In this document: one piece after another, positions 1 to 11,511 of the stretch
Layout of the letters: every line of letters starts with the position of its first letter
Numbering within the stretch: the stretch's first letter is position 1
Position numbers and translations under genes: made by a program
Assembly: GCA_905178155.1 (NCBI GenBank)
Contig: CAJINV010000011.1
Location: forward strand, 891,982-955,981
Reading direction: 5' to 3'
From: Amoebophrya sp. A120
Taxonomy: Eukaryota > Protista > Dinoflagellata
Length of the DNA: 64,000 bases
The notes under the pieces: model-generated
Seen by the model: only the letters and a program-made list of their open reading frames with translations
What the model was told of the DNA's origin: nothing
The model's database searches: none

Positions 1-2
1 GT

Positions 3-518
3 ACAGCAGGACCGGCTACCAGTCCCGCGACCGCAACAGGAGCTGCTGCGTCCTCACCCCTCACGCCCGGCGGTACAGCAGTGTCGCAGCAGGTGAAGAA
101 GCACAGTTTCAAGACGCCGGTGAACGCATATGATTTTCAGCGGACGATGATGTCTCTCCGTAACTACCCGATCGCGCACGTGAGGCACTACTTGGTCAAC
201 TTCGTTCCGGCAAAAATTGTGCCGGGCATTTTCAAAAAGTCAAGTATCGAAACCGACCACCTGAGCTTAGTCGTGAAGGCGCTGGTCACGAAAAATTGTG
301 CGGAGGAAGGAACTACAGGCTTAGCAGCTGCGAGTAGTGAGGAGAGCGAGTTTGTTGATTACGACTTTCTCTTCGCTCTCGGGAAGACGCACATGGCGTA
401 CCTGCAGTTCACCATGCTGTCCGATGAGGAACTGAAGTGGGTGTCGCAGATTCTGGACAAAGTCCCGGCGGACCGCAGTGCGGAGGTGGAAGGATTCAAA
501 AAGATGGCGAAGATGTGA
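3..518 (+). CDS. 3' part of an RPAP3_C-domain protein (RPAP3/SPAG1/CCDC103-like co-chaperone), 5'-truncated by the window
   Basis: Frame open from position 3. The sequence PVNAYDFQR...HYLVNFVPAKIVPGIFKKSSIETDHL...FLFALGK...LQFTMLSDEE resembles the RPAP3 C-terminal domain pattern, judged by eye. Confidence 0.6.
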   Translation, partial: TAGPATSPATATGAAASSPLTPGGTAVSQQVKKHSFKTPVNAYDFQRTMMSLRNYPIAHVRHYLVNFVPAKIVPGIFKKSSIETDHLSLVVKALVTKNCAEEGTTGLAAASSEESEFVDYDFLFALGKTHMAYLQFTMLSDEELKWVSQILDKVPADRSAEVEGFKKMAKM

Positions 519-1566
519 AGACAATAAAGCGTTTTTAGATCATACAACTGGCAAGATCGTGTTGAATATTCTTTGTCGTCATGAACAATGATGCAACAGG
601 AGCAGGCAGAGACTCTATCCATTGCTAATTCGAATTGCATGAGTAGTGTGTTGTTCTTTGATGAAATCTTAATATCGATTCTAAATTCAGAAGAATTTTT
701 ATTTTCGTGTGGTTTTTTATGTAGAACAAGCCTTTTTGTGCTTTTTTCTTGATGCGATGAAATTTAAATTTTTACTTGCTTGAACAGTGAATGTGAAATA
801 AAGTAGTCCTGCTCGTCTACTTTCTTGACATAGTGCGCCGCTTTGTTGCAGCGCTGGGGGAAAAACAATGATTATTGAATTTTCGTGAATGTACACTGCG
901 GAAAGTTCTCTACTTACATCATACCTACGAAGAGCCACGAATAGAACCGGAAAGTGCAGCTGCGTCGTCTCTTGTGTTTCCAAGTTTGCTCTTGATACCA
1001 TCGGGTCGTCGGTAAGCCTAAACCTGCATTTTCCATTCAGCCACTGTTTCTTATTCTTTGTGGTAGTCCTCGTGCTCGTGCGCGCCTCCAAGGGGTTTTT
1101 AAGTCTTGGGGCCCTTTTTCCGTGGTCGTCAGAAGTGCCTTCGTAAAAAAAAAGTCAACTCTGCCGCTTTGCGGTTCGTACTTCCAAGGTTAGGTCGTAA
1201 GTGCACGTTCATGGCGGTGGTCCTCAGATGATCTTGCACACATTGATTTTGTCGTTGGGTACCCACATGTTGAATTGGGCAATACTTGTCGTACTGGCCG
1301 CGATCTTTCGTTGTAGGGAGTATGTATACGTTGTATCGAAAGACGAGCGGCGGGTCACGCTTTTTGCAAAGTTTATTGGCTTGCAAGTGTCGGTTAAAGA
1401 TCATCTGCAAAGCGGATTTCATTGGGATGTTGGGATTTTTTCGCGCTAGACGTTATGAGTAAGAAGAAGTACGCAATGTTCATCGCAATACAACTTCCAG
1501 TAGTAGCTGCGGGTGTGCTACTTTCTTGTTTCTTTTTGTAAGTATAGTACATCGAACTTTGAAAGA

Positions 1567-2093
1567 ATGGTGCGCACCACGGAGCGATCACTGGGGAACT
1601 GTGACCCCCTGTTTAACCCGAAGCCGCCCTCGAAGCCCGCTTTTGAACTGCCGAGAGATGGTATGAGAGACATTCTTCGTAATGCTTCTGCTTGATGCAT
1701 CGTCGGCAGATTGAGATTCTTCTTCTTGCATGAGGTTGTGAAGTGTTACTTAAGCATAGATAAAAGCACGCACCTGACAAACTCAAACAAACAGAGCTCG
1801 TGGTCGCGCGAAAGGCGCAGCTGGCCCAGAAGGACTGGCGCGCCAACGAACAGGAGATTCCCAGCGCGATTGGCTGGCCGCTGACCTGCACGAAAGAGGA
1901 GAACACACCGCCAAACTGCGAACTGCCACCACCCAAGGACCCACCGTTCAAACGCTTTGCGAGGTTTGACAACAACGGTATAACTGACATAGAGTTTACT
2001 TGAGTCTAGTTCACCTTTATTTTGTTCGCATTAGCATCACAAGCCATGATACCTTTCGTTTTCATAGCTCCTACGCATGACAAGCTGCAGTGA
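1567..2093 (+). CDS. Small Pro-rich hypothetical protein, probably 3 exons
   Basis: A GT-AG intron at 1661-1794 joins ...ELPRD|ELVVARKAQ in frame. A second GT-AG intron (~1978-2067) leads to TGA at 2091-2093; the last exon is uncertain. Confidence 0.4.
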
Positions 2094-3706
2094 TATTGTA
2101 CACGTTTGAATAAAACACAGAAACCGCCGCGGACGTGCGACACTACCGCATGCGGGATTATCCGCCGATGGGCTCGAAGGATTGGCAACTGCGCAACATC
2201 ATGCGAAATAAAGAGATGCATGAGCAGGCGAAATATGGAACAGCGAAAATGAATTTTATCAGTTGTCACATGAGTTCCTTTCAAAGGAGCACAGCAAGCA
2301 TGGAAACCTAAGCATAACATCATCTCCTGGTGTGGAGAAAGGAGGACCGTTGCCATTATACTTCCAGGATAGATCCGATACATCAAACATGATGATGATA
2401 AAATCGCGTTCGCTTTTCCATACGGGCGTCGAGGGGGAGTTGCGCAAGACAGCCACGATGCGCGGGGGACCGGCGTAAGGACCATGTCATCATCAGCTTT
2501 GGTAGAGAAAAAGAAAACGGGCTTGTTCGTAGTAGAGTAGCTTTTTTAGAAGGATGGAAATGATGAGCGTATTTTTTGCGAAATAGCGAGACAATATTAC
2601 AATCATGTATCTAATATTGCAATTGTTTTACACGACTTGCTCTTGCATGCTGTTCTGCTTCATGACTCACCTGCAACCGCGATCGTCCAAAACAGAAAGT
2701 ACGATGAAAAACCTCAATCCATCGTGTAGATAGCGTTGGTACTAGCAGCTTCTTACATCGTTGGTGGCAATGATCATACATGGCTGATGTTCTGCTGTTT
2801 GTGCCATTGCCACTACTGTGGTAGAGTGAGCTCGTTCTGGTTCTTGCATGCGGGGGCTACATCCGGTCATGTTCATGTTCAAACAGGGGGACTATGAGAT
2901 ATGTCAAAACGTCGGTCCTCTTGCCACATTTTTGCACTCAATCACAATTTGTTCTTGCAAGAAGAAGCAAATTATGCTGAGCGTATCTGTTAGACTTAAA
3001 ACGCAGCTTGTCCACCTCGTAGTCTGTGTCCGGGGGAGGATTGGTAGGTACAACTACAATTAGGAAAGAAACTTCGATGAATCCGAAGAAATTCGTCTTT
3101 GTCGTTGATGCTACTGGTAGCGCAAAATAATGAAAATCGGAACATACACTGTCGCTGTCGTTGCAACCATATGAATTTTTTGCAGTGTCTCGTATACTTT
3201 CCTGACCCGCCTAGTATCCCTGCCTTTTCTTTTTGGTCCCCGTTCATCTTCCAACTAAGCATCGCTTATCTAGTAAAGTCTTCAATGTGCAAAATCTATT
3301 TACTCTGATATTGCACTACATTTCGCACCCGACCTGAAGCGCTTCGCCTTACTCAACTACTAATGCTGCGTCTACTTTCACCCAAAAGATTCAAATTGCA
3401 GATGAAAAATAGTGGCACGACCGAGAAGGCAGGGCACGTAGTCGCTTACGACCTGTTTTCGACATTGCTTGAGCACGTCCTTTAATTGAAAGTCTACATG
3501 TTGTCTTTTTAGCTGCTCGACCGCGTAAGCAATCCCTCATTGTCGTCGCTATGCCTACGTTTCTTGGAAAGTGAAATTTCACATTGCTTATCGGGCAAGT
3601 GGATCATCTCTCTGTTTCTGCAATTTTACCCGCGTCAGTTTTATAGGTTTCCGTATAAATCTTTCAAATCTTCTCGTCGTCCACAGCCCATTCTCGCGCC
3701 TACGAA

Positions 3707-6700
3707 ATGTCCGAAGACAACATCTTCGGGCTCAAAGAGGAGCCCTACTACGTGTGGGGCTACGGCTACATCTACACGGGCGTCCAGCGCGCTTTGGAGC
3801 TGGAGCGGGAACAGGAAAAAGCACTGCTGCTCCCCACAGAAGACGAGCAGCAAACGGAGCTGGAGCGCATTCGGGCGGAAGCGCTGAAGACCTCGTGGCC
3901 CATCGCGGGGGAGAACAAAGCGGACTACAATTACAAACAGGTATTCATTTAGTACTTTATTTACTTATGCATGTTGACGAGCATGACACAGAGAGACGTA
4001 GTACCCATCTTGCATGTTTTGCATGACAGAGTTACGCGATAATTTTTCTACTATCAGGTCTACCGGCGGTGGTACCCGGAAAACATCACGGACGCCGACT
4101 ACCGCGCGTTGCAAGATGAAGCCGTGTGCAAGCCCGTCCCAACGGACGACGACAAGACGAAGAAGACCAAGGAAAAAGCCAAGGCGAAAATCCTCAGCAA
4201 GCGGCACCTGTTCCGCACACTGTGGAAGATTTGGGGCTATGCAATGCAAAAGCATCCCACTAGTACATCAAACTGCATTACAAAGTTGCTCAGCATGACG
4301 AATGCAATTTCTGATGCTGTTTCACCTTAGGAATCAGATTTGTCATGCATATTTGCAATTAGTACGAGTGCGATACTTTTGCACATGATAGGGGCCTGGA
4401 GTGGAGTTTGGCGGGGCTGGGGTACTTCGCAAAGTCCGTTTCCGATTTCACCGGTCCGGTGTTTATCACCTTGCTGATCACGTCCATAGCGGAACTGAAA
4501 ATGGTAAAGTTCGTTTGGGTCATCGTCCTTCTATTCGTCGTGCGCATGGGCGGTGCGTTGGGCCTGCAGTACGGCGTGCACTGGACGATGCGGGAGGGCA
4601 TGCAGATGCGCGGGGTCTGCGCCTTGGCGGTTTTCGAGAAAATACTGCACATGGAACCCGCGACCAGGGAATTGGGGTAAGTAAGAAGTTTCATTTACGA
4701 TCTAGTCCAGGGATTTTTCCTGATGCAAATGCAAAGCGTGACAGCAAATGATTATTATGCGGCAACTACGGCATGCTTACGCTTAGACTACCGTGTTAAA
4801 GGAAAGAAAAATTCACCCAGCAATCTGACCAACCTCCAATCTGTGGACGCCCAGGCGATCCTGGACACGGTGCCCTTTGTCCACTGGGTTATCAAACAAA
4901 AAAAGTTCGTTGCGATCACTCATGCGCATTTTTGCAATACAAAAATTTCTGTAATGCGTAAAGATGCAGCACAGTCTAACTTCATATGGGATTTCTCTTG
5001 TCTGTAGCTATGCAATACAAGGAAAAGCTGTGATGCTAAAAAAATTTGTGATGCAAAACCTCCAAGTTAATGACTGTGACAAACCTGTTTTCCTCAATAT
5101 GGGTGCTCATCATGCCGATCGCGTTGATTTTCGGTACTGTCTACATCTCCGTCCTGATCGGCTGGTCCGCCATTCTCGGATTTATCGGCGGTGGCTTGCT
5201 GATGCCGCTGGCCTGGCGCTTGCAGAAGAATCTGGGTACGCTATCCTGAGTGAAAACGTCCCCACTCGAGATTCAAGATGGGGACTTTGCAACACAAGCC
5301 TAGAAGCTTTGGTAGTCACGCATGACAAGTTGCAGTGCGTGGCGGACTGCAGGTTCTTAGTAAGGACAGCCGCATGGCAAATCCTGCTGCTTATCCTGTC
5401 TACAGCATTACAAATTCCAAAACGTCACCACTAGAAATAACGCTTCTCATGGGGATGCGGATTACAAATGTTCTTGTCATCGCAAATCCGCATGACAGCT
5501 CTGGGATTGGGACGTTTTTACAGGGGATACACGCTGGAGAAGAAGCGGCTGGCCGTGAAGGACAAGCGCGTTGTATTACAGTGAAAAGTGCCCCCCACCC
5601 CTCAAATTGCAAAAATTTGTCATGCGTAAGGTTTTCAAATGAAGAACTTTTTTATCTATGCATGAAAGGAGTATGAATCTTTCTGATGCAGAGTCTAGGC
5701 GTGTATCCGACATCGCTTGCATGACAAGCGCCGCTCTTGCTGGGGTCTTTTGCAATACAAATTTTCGCTATTCACGATTGGAAACCTGTGATGCTGATAG
5801 GTGCAAGAGGGCGAATCAATGTTTCATTTGGAAAGGTTTGCAATACAAATGCTTTCAAGTTCGGGGGTGGGGGCATTTTTCATTCTGATACGTTGCCGCG
5901 GTCACGGACATGCTGGAAACCATGCGGGTGACGAAGATGATCGCCAGGGAGACGTATTGGATTCTGTACGTCCAGGAATTACGGGAGATGGAACTGCTTT
6001 ACCACGCGCGGTTTCTCCGCGCGAAGTGGTTGCTCCAGACCATCATGATCTCGATCCCGATTTTACAGCTGCTCATCGCCTTCATCTTGGAAGAGATTGT
6101 GTTCGAAAACCGCCTCGGCCTGACGCAGTCCTTCGAAATGTTGGCCATGTTCAGTACCATGCAGATGCCCTTGTCCATGATGGGCTTCATGCTGATGATG
6201 TACCGCAGGTTAATGGCATCAGTGGACCGCATGAATTCTTTCTTGCAAGAGGCGAAACCGTGGCGGATTGAGGAACGAGTGGCGTTGATGAACAGCTCCG
6301 GAGCATCAAATACAGGAACAACTTCTAGCGCACTGAATACCGAAGAGAACAACAATACGAATACGAACAAGGACACCACGATTTCCGAGCAGTTACAGCA
6401 GGAATCCGCCTACACGGTGAAGATCAGCAACAACGCGTGCTTTCGCTGGGTCCCCGACAGCAAAGCGCCGACGCAGGACAAAGAGAAATCATCCGAGGCG
6501 TCGTCCCCAGTGAAGAAGGAAGCGTCTTCAAACAGCGTTCCCGGCCGGCGGCGCGCCAGTTTGCCGCAGGTGGCGCTGGAATCGACGACCTTTTGCTGCT
6601 CCCCGAAGAAACAAAGAGGTGATAAAGAGAAACCAGAGGAAACAACAACAAGCGCAGAAGACCAACAAGCGAAGGAAGACCTTCCCGAGTCTCCGAAATC

Positions 6701-9700
6701 CACCACCAAAGGCACTTTTCGTCTCCAATTCGGATCCGAGATCTCCATCCCACTCGGCGACATCGTCACTATCGAGGGCCCGGTCGGGAGTGGAAAGACC
6801 GCTTTCTTGCAGGCGTTGCTTGGAACGTTGGACGTCGTGGCTCCTAGTACTTCTACTTCCGGAGAAGAAGGAGGGGAAGAAGCAGGTGGAAGCGCCACGG
6901 GAGCTGATGCAAGTGCAGCATTAACAACTCCTCCCCCAGTTTCCCGCCCGGAGCGAATCGCCTATTGCCCGCAATCCGCGTGGGTCATGAACAGCACGAT
7001 TCAGGAAAACGTCGTGTTCGGCTCTCCCCGCGTATGAGAGTGCACAGCTCCCACTCCCTCTCATTTGTCACGCAAAATCCCAAGTGCGCCCTTTGCTTCT
7101 TGGCACTGCATGCATGACAGATTCCGGAAGCCAAAACAGCACTACAATCCTGCGGGAATTTGTCATGCAAAAGCTGCATTTTTGCCAGCGCTTGAGTTGC
7201 TATTCATGCAATACAAGAAATGAGCGGGCGGGGGTGTTGTGCACTCTTATACCGCGGTTTGGACGAACCAAGGATGTGGAAGTGCCTGGAGGCGGTGGCG
7301 TTCGACGAGGAGGTCCGGAAGATGTCGCAACAAGCCGAAACCTCGATCGGCGACCGGGGTATTGCCCTCTCCGGCGGGCAGAAAGCGCGGCTGAGTCTGG
7401 CGCGCGCGTTGTACTCGGAGGAAAAGGTTTTGCTACTGGACGACCCGTTCGCAGCGTTGGACGTGCATGTGTCCAAGCACACGGCGGAGCAGTTGGTCAC
7501 TTTTTTGAAGGAGGAAAACCGAACTCTGATCATCGTCTGCAGCAAAACCCCGAACAACATTGCGAAGACACGGAACCAGAAGATCTTAGTGTCGGAAACG
7601 GGGGTAGTCACCTGCGAGCCCGTGGTGAGGAAGAGCGAGGCTGCCGCGACAGGAGCTGACGGGAACACGATCAGCCCGGAGTCCAGTCCACCGAATTCGC
7701 CGGAGGCGAAGAACCGGTCCGCCTTGGAAGACGTGAATCTGATGACCACCGAGGAAGAGAAGGCAGCGGCGGATAGCAAGAAAAAGGAAGAAAAGGAGAA
7801 AATCGAGTCCAAGGGCGCCGGCGCGGTCCCCTTCCGCTTTTACGTCTGGCTGGCGGCGCACACGTATGCATTGCAAAAGTGTCTGGGTCTGCAAAAGTGC
7901 CAGGTTGGGGTTTGTCATGCGCTGCCAGCATGACTGTCAAGTCTGTCATGCAAGGTACCCAAAAGTGCCACTTTTGTGTCATGCAAAAACCCAGTTTATC
8001 ATGCAGAATAGGCAACACCTAGCGAGGACTCAAAATCTGTCATGCTGAGCCGTCATTTCTGGCGTTCTCTTGATTCGCCAACCAGCATCACAAGTTTCCA
8101 GACCCAGACATATCTGCATTTGATAACACGAAGGCAGGAACGATTTCCATGATCGTCGTGGCGTTGGTGGTTCACACGCTGCTATGCAAGAAAAAAACTG
8201 TGTAAGTGTAAAGCTGTGATGCAGAACATGCCACAGGGTTACGCCTGTCATGCCAGGCAACCATGAAGTCCTCTGTTCATGTGTATTTTCCCCTACAAGC
8301 CACGCATGACAGGTTTTCTCTGTCATGTAGAGCAAATTTGTCATGCTGTCAGCCAAAGAAAGTTACACTAACGCAGCTTTTTTCTTGGATAGCTGTTGAA
8401 GATGCTGATTGAGTACGTCATCGCCGAGTACGGGGAGCAAAACGACAAACGCCGAGATGTTACGGACACTGGAGCGCCTGTTTCCGCTTACGAACAGATC
8501 GCGGATGACAACGCGATCGACTTTCTGTCCCCTTGGTGGGCGGACGAGAAGGGGGCGGATGAGGAGGCCGTGCAGTTTATCTTCGTCATCGGAGTCCTTT
8601 CCTTGCTCTTCGTTCTCCTCTTTTACGCCGCCGCGATCTTGTTGGTCCAAGGCACTTTGTCCATCTCCAAACTGATGCATCGCAACCTCCTCCACGCCCT
8701 GACCTCCGCGAAGATCAGCTTCTACGAGAGCACCCCCGTCGGCCGGGTTCTGAACCGGTGTTCTGCGGACTTTGACGTGATCGACCACCAATTGCCGCAG
8801 AACGCGGAGTCCTACTTCCAGTGCGTCGTGAAACTCGCGACGGCGGTGGTGGTGATTTCCGCGGGCGCGCCCTTCTTCATCGTGCCGATGCTGCTCTTCA
8901 TGTACGTGTTTATCGTGGCACAGGAGATGTTCCGGCCGTTGGCGAGGTTGTTGCAGAGAAACGCCGCGGCGGACAAATCACCTGTTTTCTCAAAATTCGA
9001 CCAGTTTCTCCAGGGGCTACCCGTTCTGCAGGCGCACGGGCAGGGGGCGTTGTGGTACGAGAAGTTCGCAGAATTGGTCGACGTGCAGCACCAGAGCTAC
9101 TGGGTCATGAACCAGGGCAACCGGTGGTGGGGCGTGCGGTTGGAAGCCTTGTCCGTGGTGTTGCTGACCCTAGTGCCGTATCCTGTGCAAAACTATCGTA
9201 CTCGTATTGCAGTCCTGCATTACAAATCTTTTTCTTAAGGTAAATCCGCATTACAAATTTTGTTTCATCGCATGCACATGCTGAAAAAATTTGTAATGCA
9301 TTTATACGAGTAGGAGTGCGATACTTTTGCCATGCATATGCCAATCTGCCTCTTAATGTGGAAAGAATACGTGCACGAGGGGTTGGCGAAGCCGGTGATT
9401 GCGGTGGTGATCCTGTACAGCATGCAAATGACGTTTTTGTTCAACTGGAGCGTGCGCATGCGCACGGAGTTCGAGGCGAAGATGGTGTCGGTCGAGCGGG
9501 TCCATGAGTACACGGTGCTACCGAGTGAGGAGGACCAGGAGCAAGCTGTGAAGGAGAAAAAAATCAACCCGAAAACCATGGCAAAGCTCGCGGACAAAGA
9601 TCTCCTACTCACCGGAGTCGCAGGTGGAATTGCTGCTCCTGCGACGGCGGTTTCCCCTGGTACTACGGACCCCCGCCCGACTCCCGCTGCCATGATGCTC

Positions 9701-10633
9701 TCCTTTGAAGACGTGAAACTCCGCTACCGGCCGCACAACCCCTACGCGTTGAAGGGGGTGAACTTCCAGCTACCGGGCGGCACTTCCACCGCAGTAGTCG
9801 GGAGAACCGGGAGCGGAAAGAGCTCGCTGTTCGCGGTGTTGCTCCGGTTAGTGGATCAATACGAGGGGAAAGTGATTCTCAACGGCACCGACATCTCCGA
9901 GTTCGCCCTCGCCGCGCTCCGCGGGACGTACCTCGCAGCGGTGCCGCAGGATCCGTTGTTGTTTTCCGGTCCGGTCAGACACAGCTTGGTACCCAGTGAG
10001 ATGCGGAAGAACGTGAAGATTTTCGTGAACAATGAACTGGACAAATACGAAAATTACGGGGAGGGAAGTGCGACGGCAGGAACGAAGAAGATCAACGTCG
10101 ACAAGAATTCGGCGACCGAGTCCTCAGGGAACTGTAAAGAAAATCTCCCCTACTTTCTCGACGACGACCTGGTCTACGAGGCACTGGAGACCGTCGGCTT
10201 GAAGCAACTCGTCCTGGATCGTGGCGGCCTGGATGATTTCCTTGTCGACCCAACCGCCACCGACTTGAGTTTTGGCCAGCGGCAGCTACTCTGCGTGGCG
10301 CGCGCCCTGATCAAGGTGCGCGCGGCGCGCCGGGCGGGCAACAACATCATTTTGATCTCCGACGAGGCGACGAGCAGCCTAGATCGGGCGACGGACCTGA
10401 AAATCCAGACGGTTTTGTCCGAGGAGGCGAAGGGGAACCCGAATTGCTGTGTGTTGTCGATCGTCCACACGCTGGACAGCATCATTCCGTGCTACAGCTA
10501 CGTCTTGACCATGCAGGACGGCGTGGTAGAGAGTCACGGGCCGCCGGCGGAAATCGCGGCAAAGCCGGACAGTCTGTTCGCGCAGATGCTGCAGAAGGCG
10601 GCCGTGGAGAAAAATGAGAGCTCCAAGGAATAG
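3707..10633 (+). CDS. ABCC/MRP-family ABC transporter (TMD-NBD-TMD-NBD), 11 exons
   Basis: NBD1: GPVGSGKT, LSGGQKARLSLARALY, LLLDD. NBD2: GRTGSGKSS, LSFGQRQLLCVARAL, DEATSSLD. TMD motifs: GNLTNLQSVD, KDKRV, FYESTPVGRVLNRCSAD, VSVERVHEY. Continuous after removing 2 GT-AG introns (3941-4057, 4677-4820) and 8 TA..TA elements. Confidence 0.93.
4238..4390. mobile_element. TIR introner, family B (153 bp)
   Basis: GGGGC-TA...TA-GGGGC. Inverted repeat TGCAAAAGCATCCCACTAGTAC / GTACGAGTGCGATACTTTTGCA. Removal gives KIWG|LEWSL. Confidence 0.9.
4890..5099. mobile_element. TIR introner, singleton with degenerate TIRs (210 bp)
   Basis: TGGGT-TA...TA-TGGGT. Removal gives PFVHW|VLIMP. Contains GCAATACAA and TTTGTGATGC motifs. 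Confidence 0.8.
5242..5529. mobile_element. TIR introner, family E (288 bp)
   Basis: TACGC-TA...TA-CACGC. Inverted repeat TATCC...AAAACGTCCC. Removal gives KNLGT|LEKKRLAVKDKR. Confidence 0.88.
5574..5890. mobile_element. TIR introner, family F (317 bp)
   Basis: CGTTG-TA...TA-CGTTG. Inverted repeat TGAAAAGTGCCCCCCACCCC / GGGGTGGGGGCATTTTTCA. Removal gives KDKRV|AAVTDMLETMRVTKM. Confidence 0.92.
7033..7251. mobile_element. TIR introner, family C (219 bp)
   Basis: CCGCG-TA...TA-CCGCG. Inverted repeat TATGAGAGTGCACA / TGTGCACTCTTATA. Removal gives VFGSPR|GLDEPR. Confidence 0.92.
7865..8125. mobile_element. TIR introner, family A (261 bp)
   Basis: ACACG-TA...TA-ACACG. Inverted repeat TGTCTGGGTCTG / CAGACCCAGACA. 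Removal gives WLAAHT|KAGTIS. Confidence 0.9.
8183..8391. mobile_element. TIR introner, singleton (209 bp)
   Basis: GCTGC-TA...TA-GCTGT. Inverted repeat CAAGAAAAAAACTGTGTAAGTGTAA / TTACACTAACGCAGCTTTTTTCTTG. Removal gives VHTL|LKMLIEY. Confidence 0.9.
9179..9338. mobile_element. TIR introner, family B, reverse orientation relative to 4238 and 24989 (160 bp)
   Basis: TGCCG-TA...TA-TGCCA. Its reverse complement aligns along 4238-4390. Removal gives LTLVP|ICLLMW. Confidence 0.9.
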
Positions 10634-11511
10634 GTTTAGGGAAGCAAAAATATCGTGTTCGGATGGATAGTACTAGTGCTACACGACGCGCGAATCTCAA
10701 TCATTAACATTGTATAAATAGCTGTTTTGAAGATTGAAGATGTTTGTGTTTCAAGAAAGATTCCGAATGCAAAGGAACCTGCTGTAGGATTTATGATTTT
10801 AGTTTTAAAGGTCCACAATTTTTCAAGTCAAGGTCAAGGTTAACACCATCTAAATTAAGCTGCACCAAAAATGTGCAGTCTCCGGCTTCGTGCGCGGACG
10901 AAACCGGCCTGTAAGATCAAGTGGCTTTGCACTTGCGTAACAGGCAAACCAGCACGCAAATGTAGTGCCACCCTGTGCAACGATTGGCGCGAGAGCTCGA
11001 AGCATACACTTAACCGCATCGAGTGTACTTAGTTCGAGATCCAAGTACACCGTGGTTATCGAAGAAAACTTTTTTGCGGCAAGCAACCTACGTTTTATCA
11101 ACATAGAGGAGCCGCTCAATAATGAAGAGGACTTGAACGTCTTTCTCGCAAAGACAAATTTACGGATTGGAGAATTTCATGAATGCACTGTACCTACGTC
11201 GACTGAAAGAACTTGTTGAAATGTAAGCTTTTAATGTGGAACTGACCTGCTGCAGAGGTGCTGGTCGATCACGATCGCGAATCTATTGGCGGAGAAGGAG
11301 TACGCCTGTTCCTCGAAGGCCAGAAGTGGTGAATTCGATCAAGGCCGAGATGCGAGACTAGGAAGACTGAGCAGCACGAACTGTCGGCCCGTCAAAAACT
11401 AGGTAATGAGCGCTCCTGTCAAGCCATTGCTGGCAGCGTACGCCGTGCTCGTCCACTCCGTTTAGTTGCGCTCGTTTTGTTTCAGTTCCTCGTCGCTTTT
11501 CTTTAGTACAC

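Noticed and set aside
4238-4390. Tc1/mariner MITEs with a TA target duplication as the explanation for the introners
   Set aside because: Leaving a single TA frameshifts the genes. The real duplication is the 5 bp outside the TA dinucleotides.
3707-10633. ABC transporter as a pseudogene broken by insertions
   Set aside because: All catalytic motifs are intact and no lesions exist other than the precisely removable elements.
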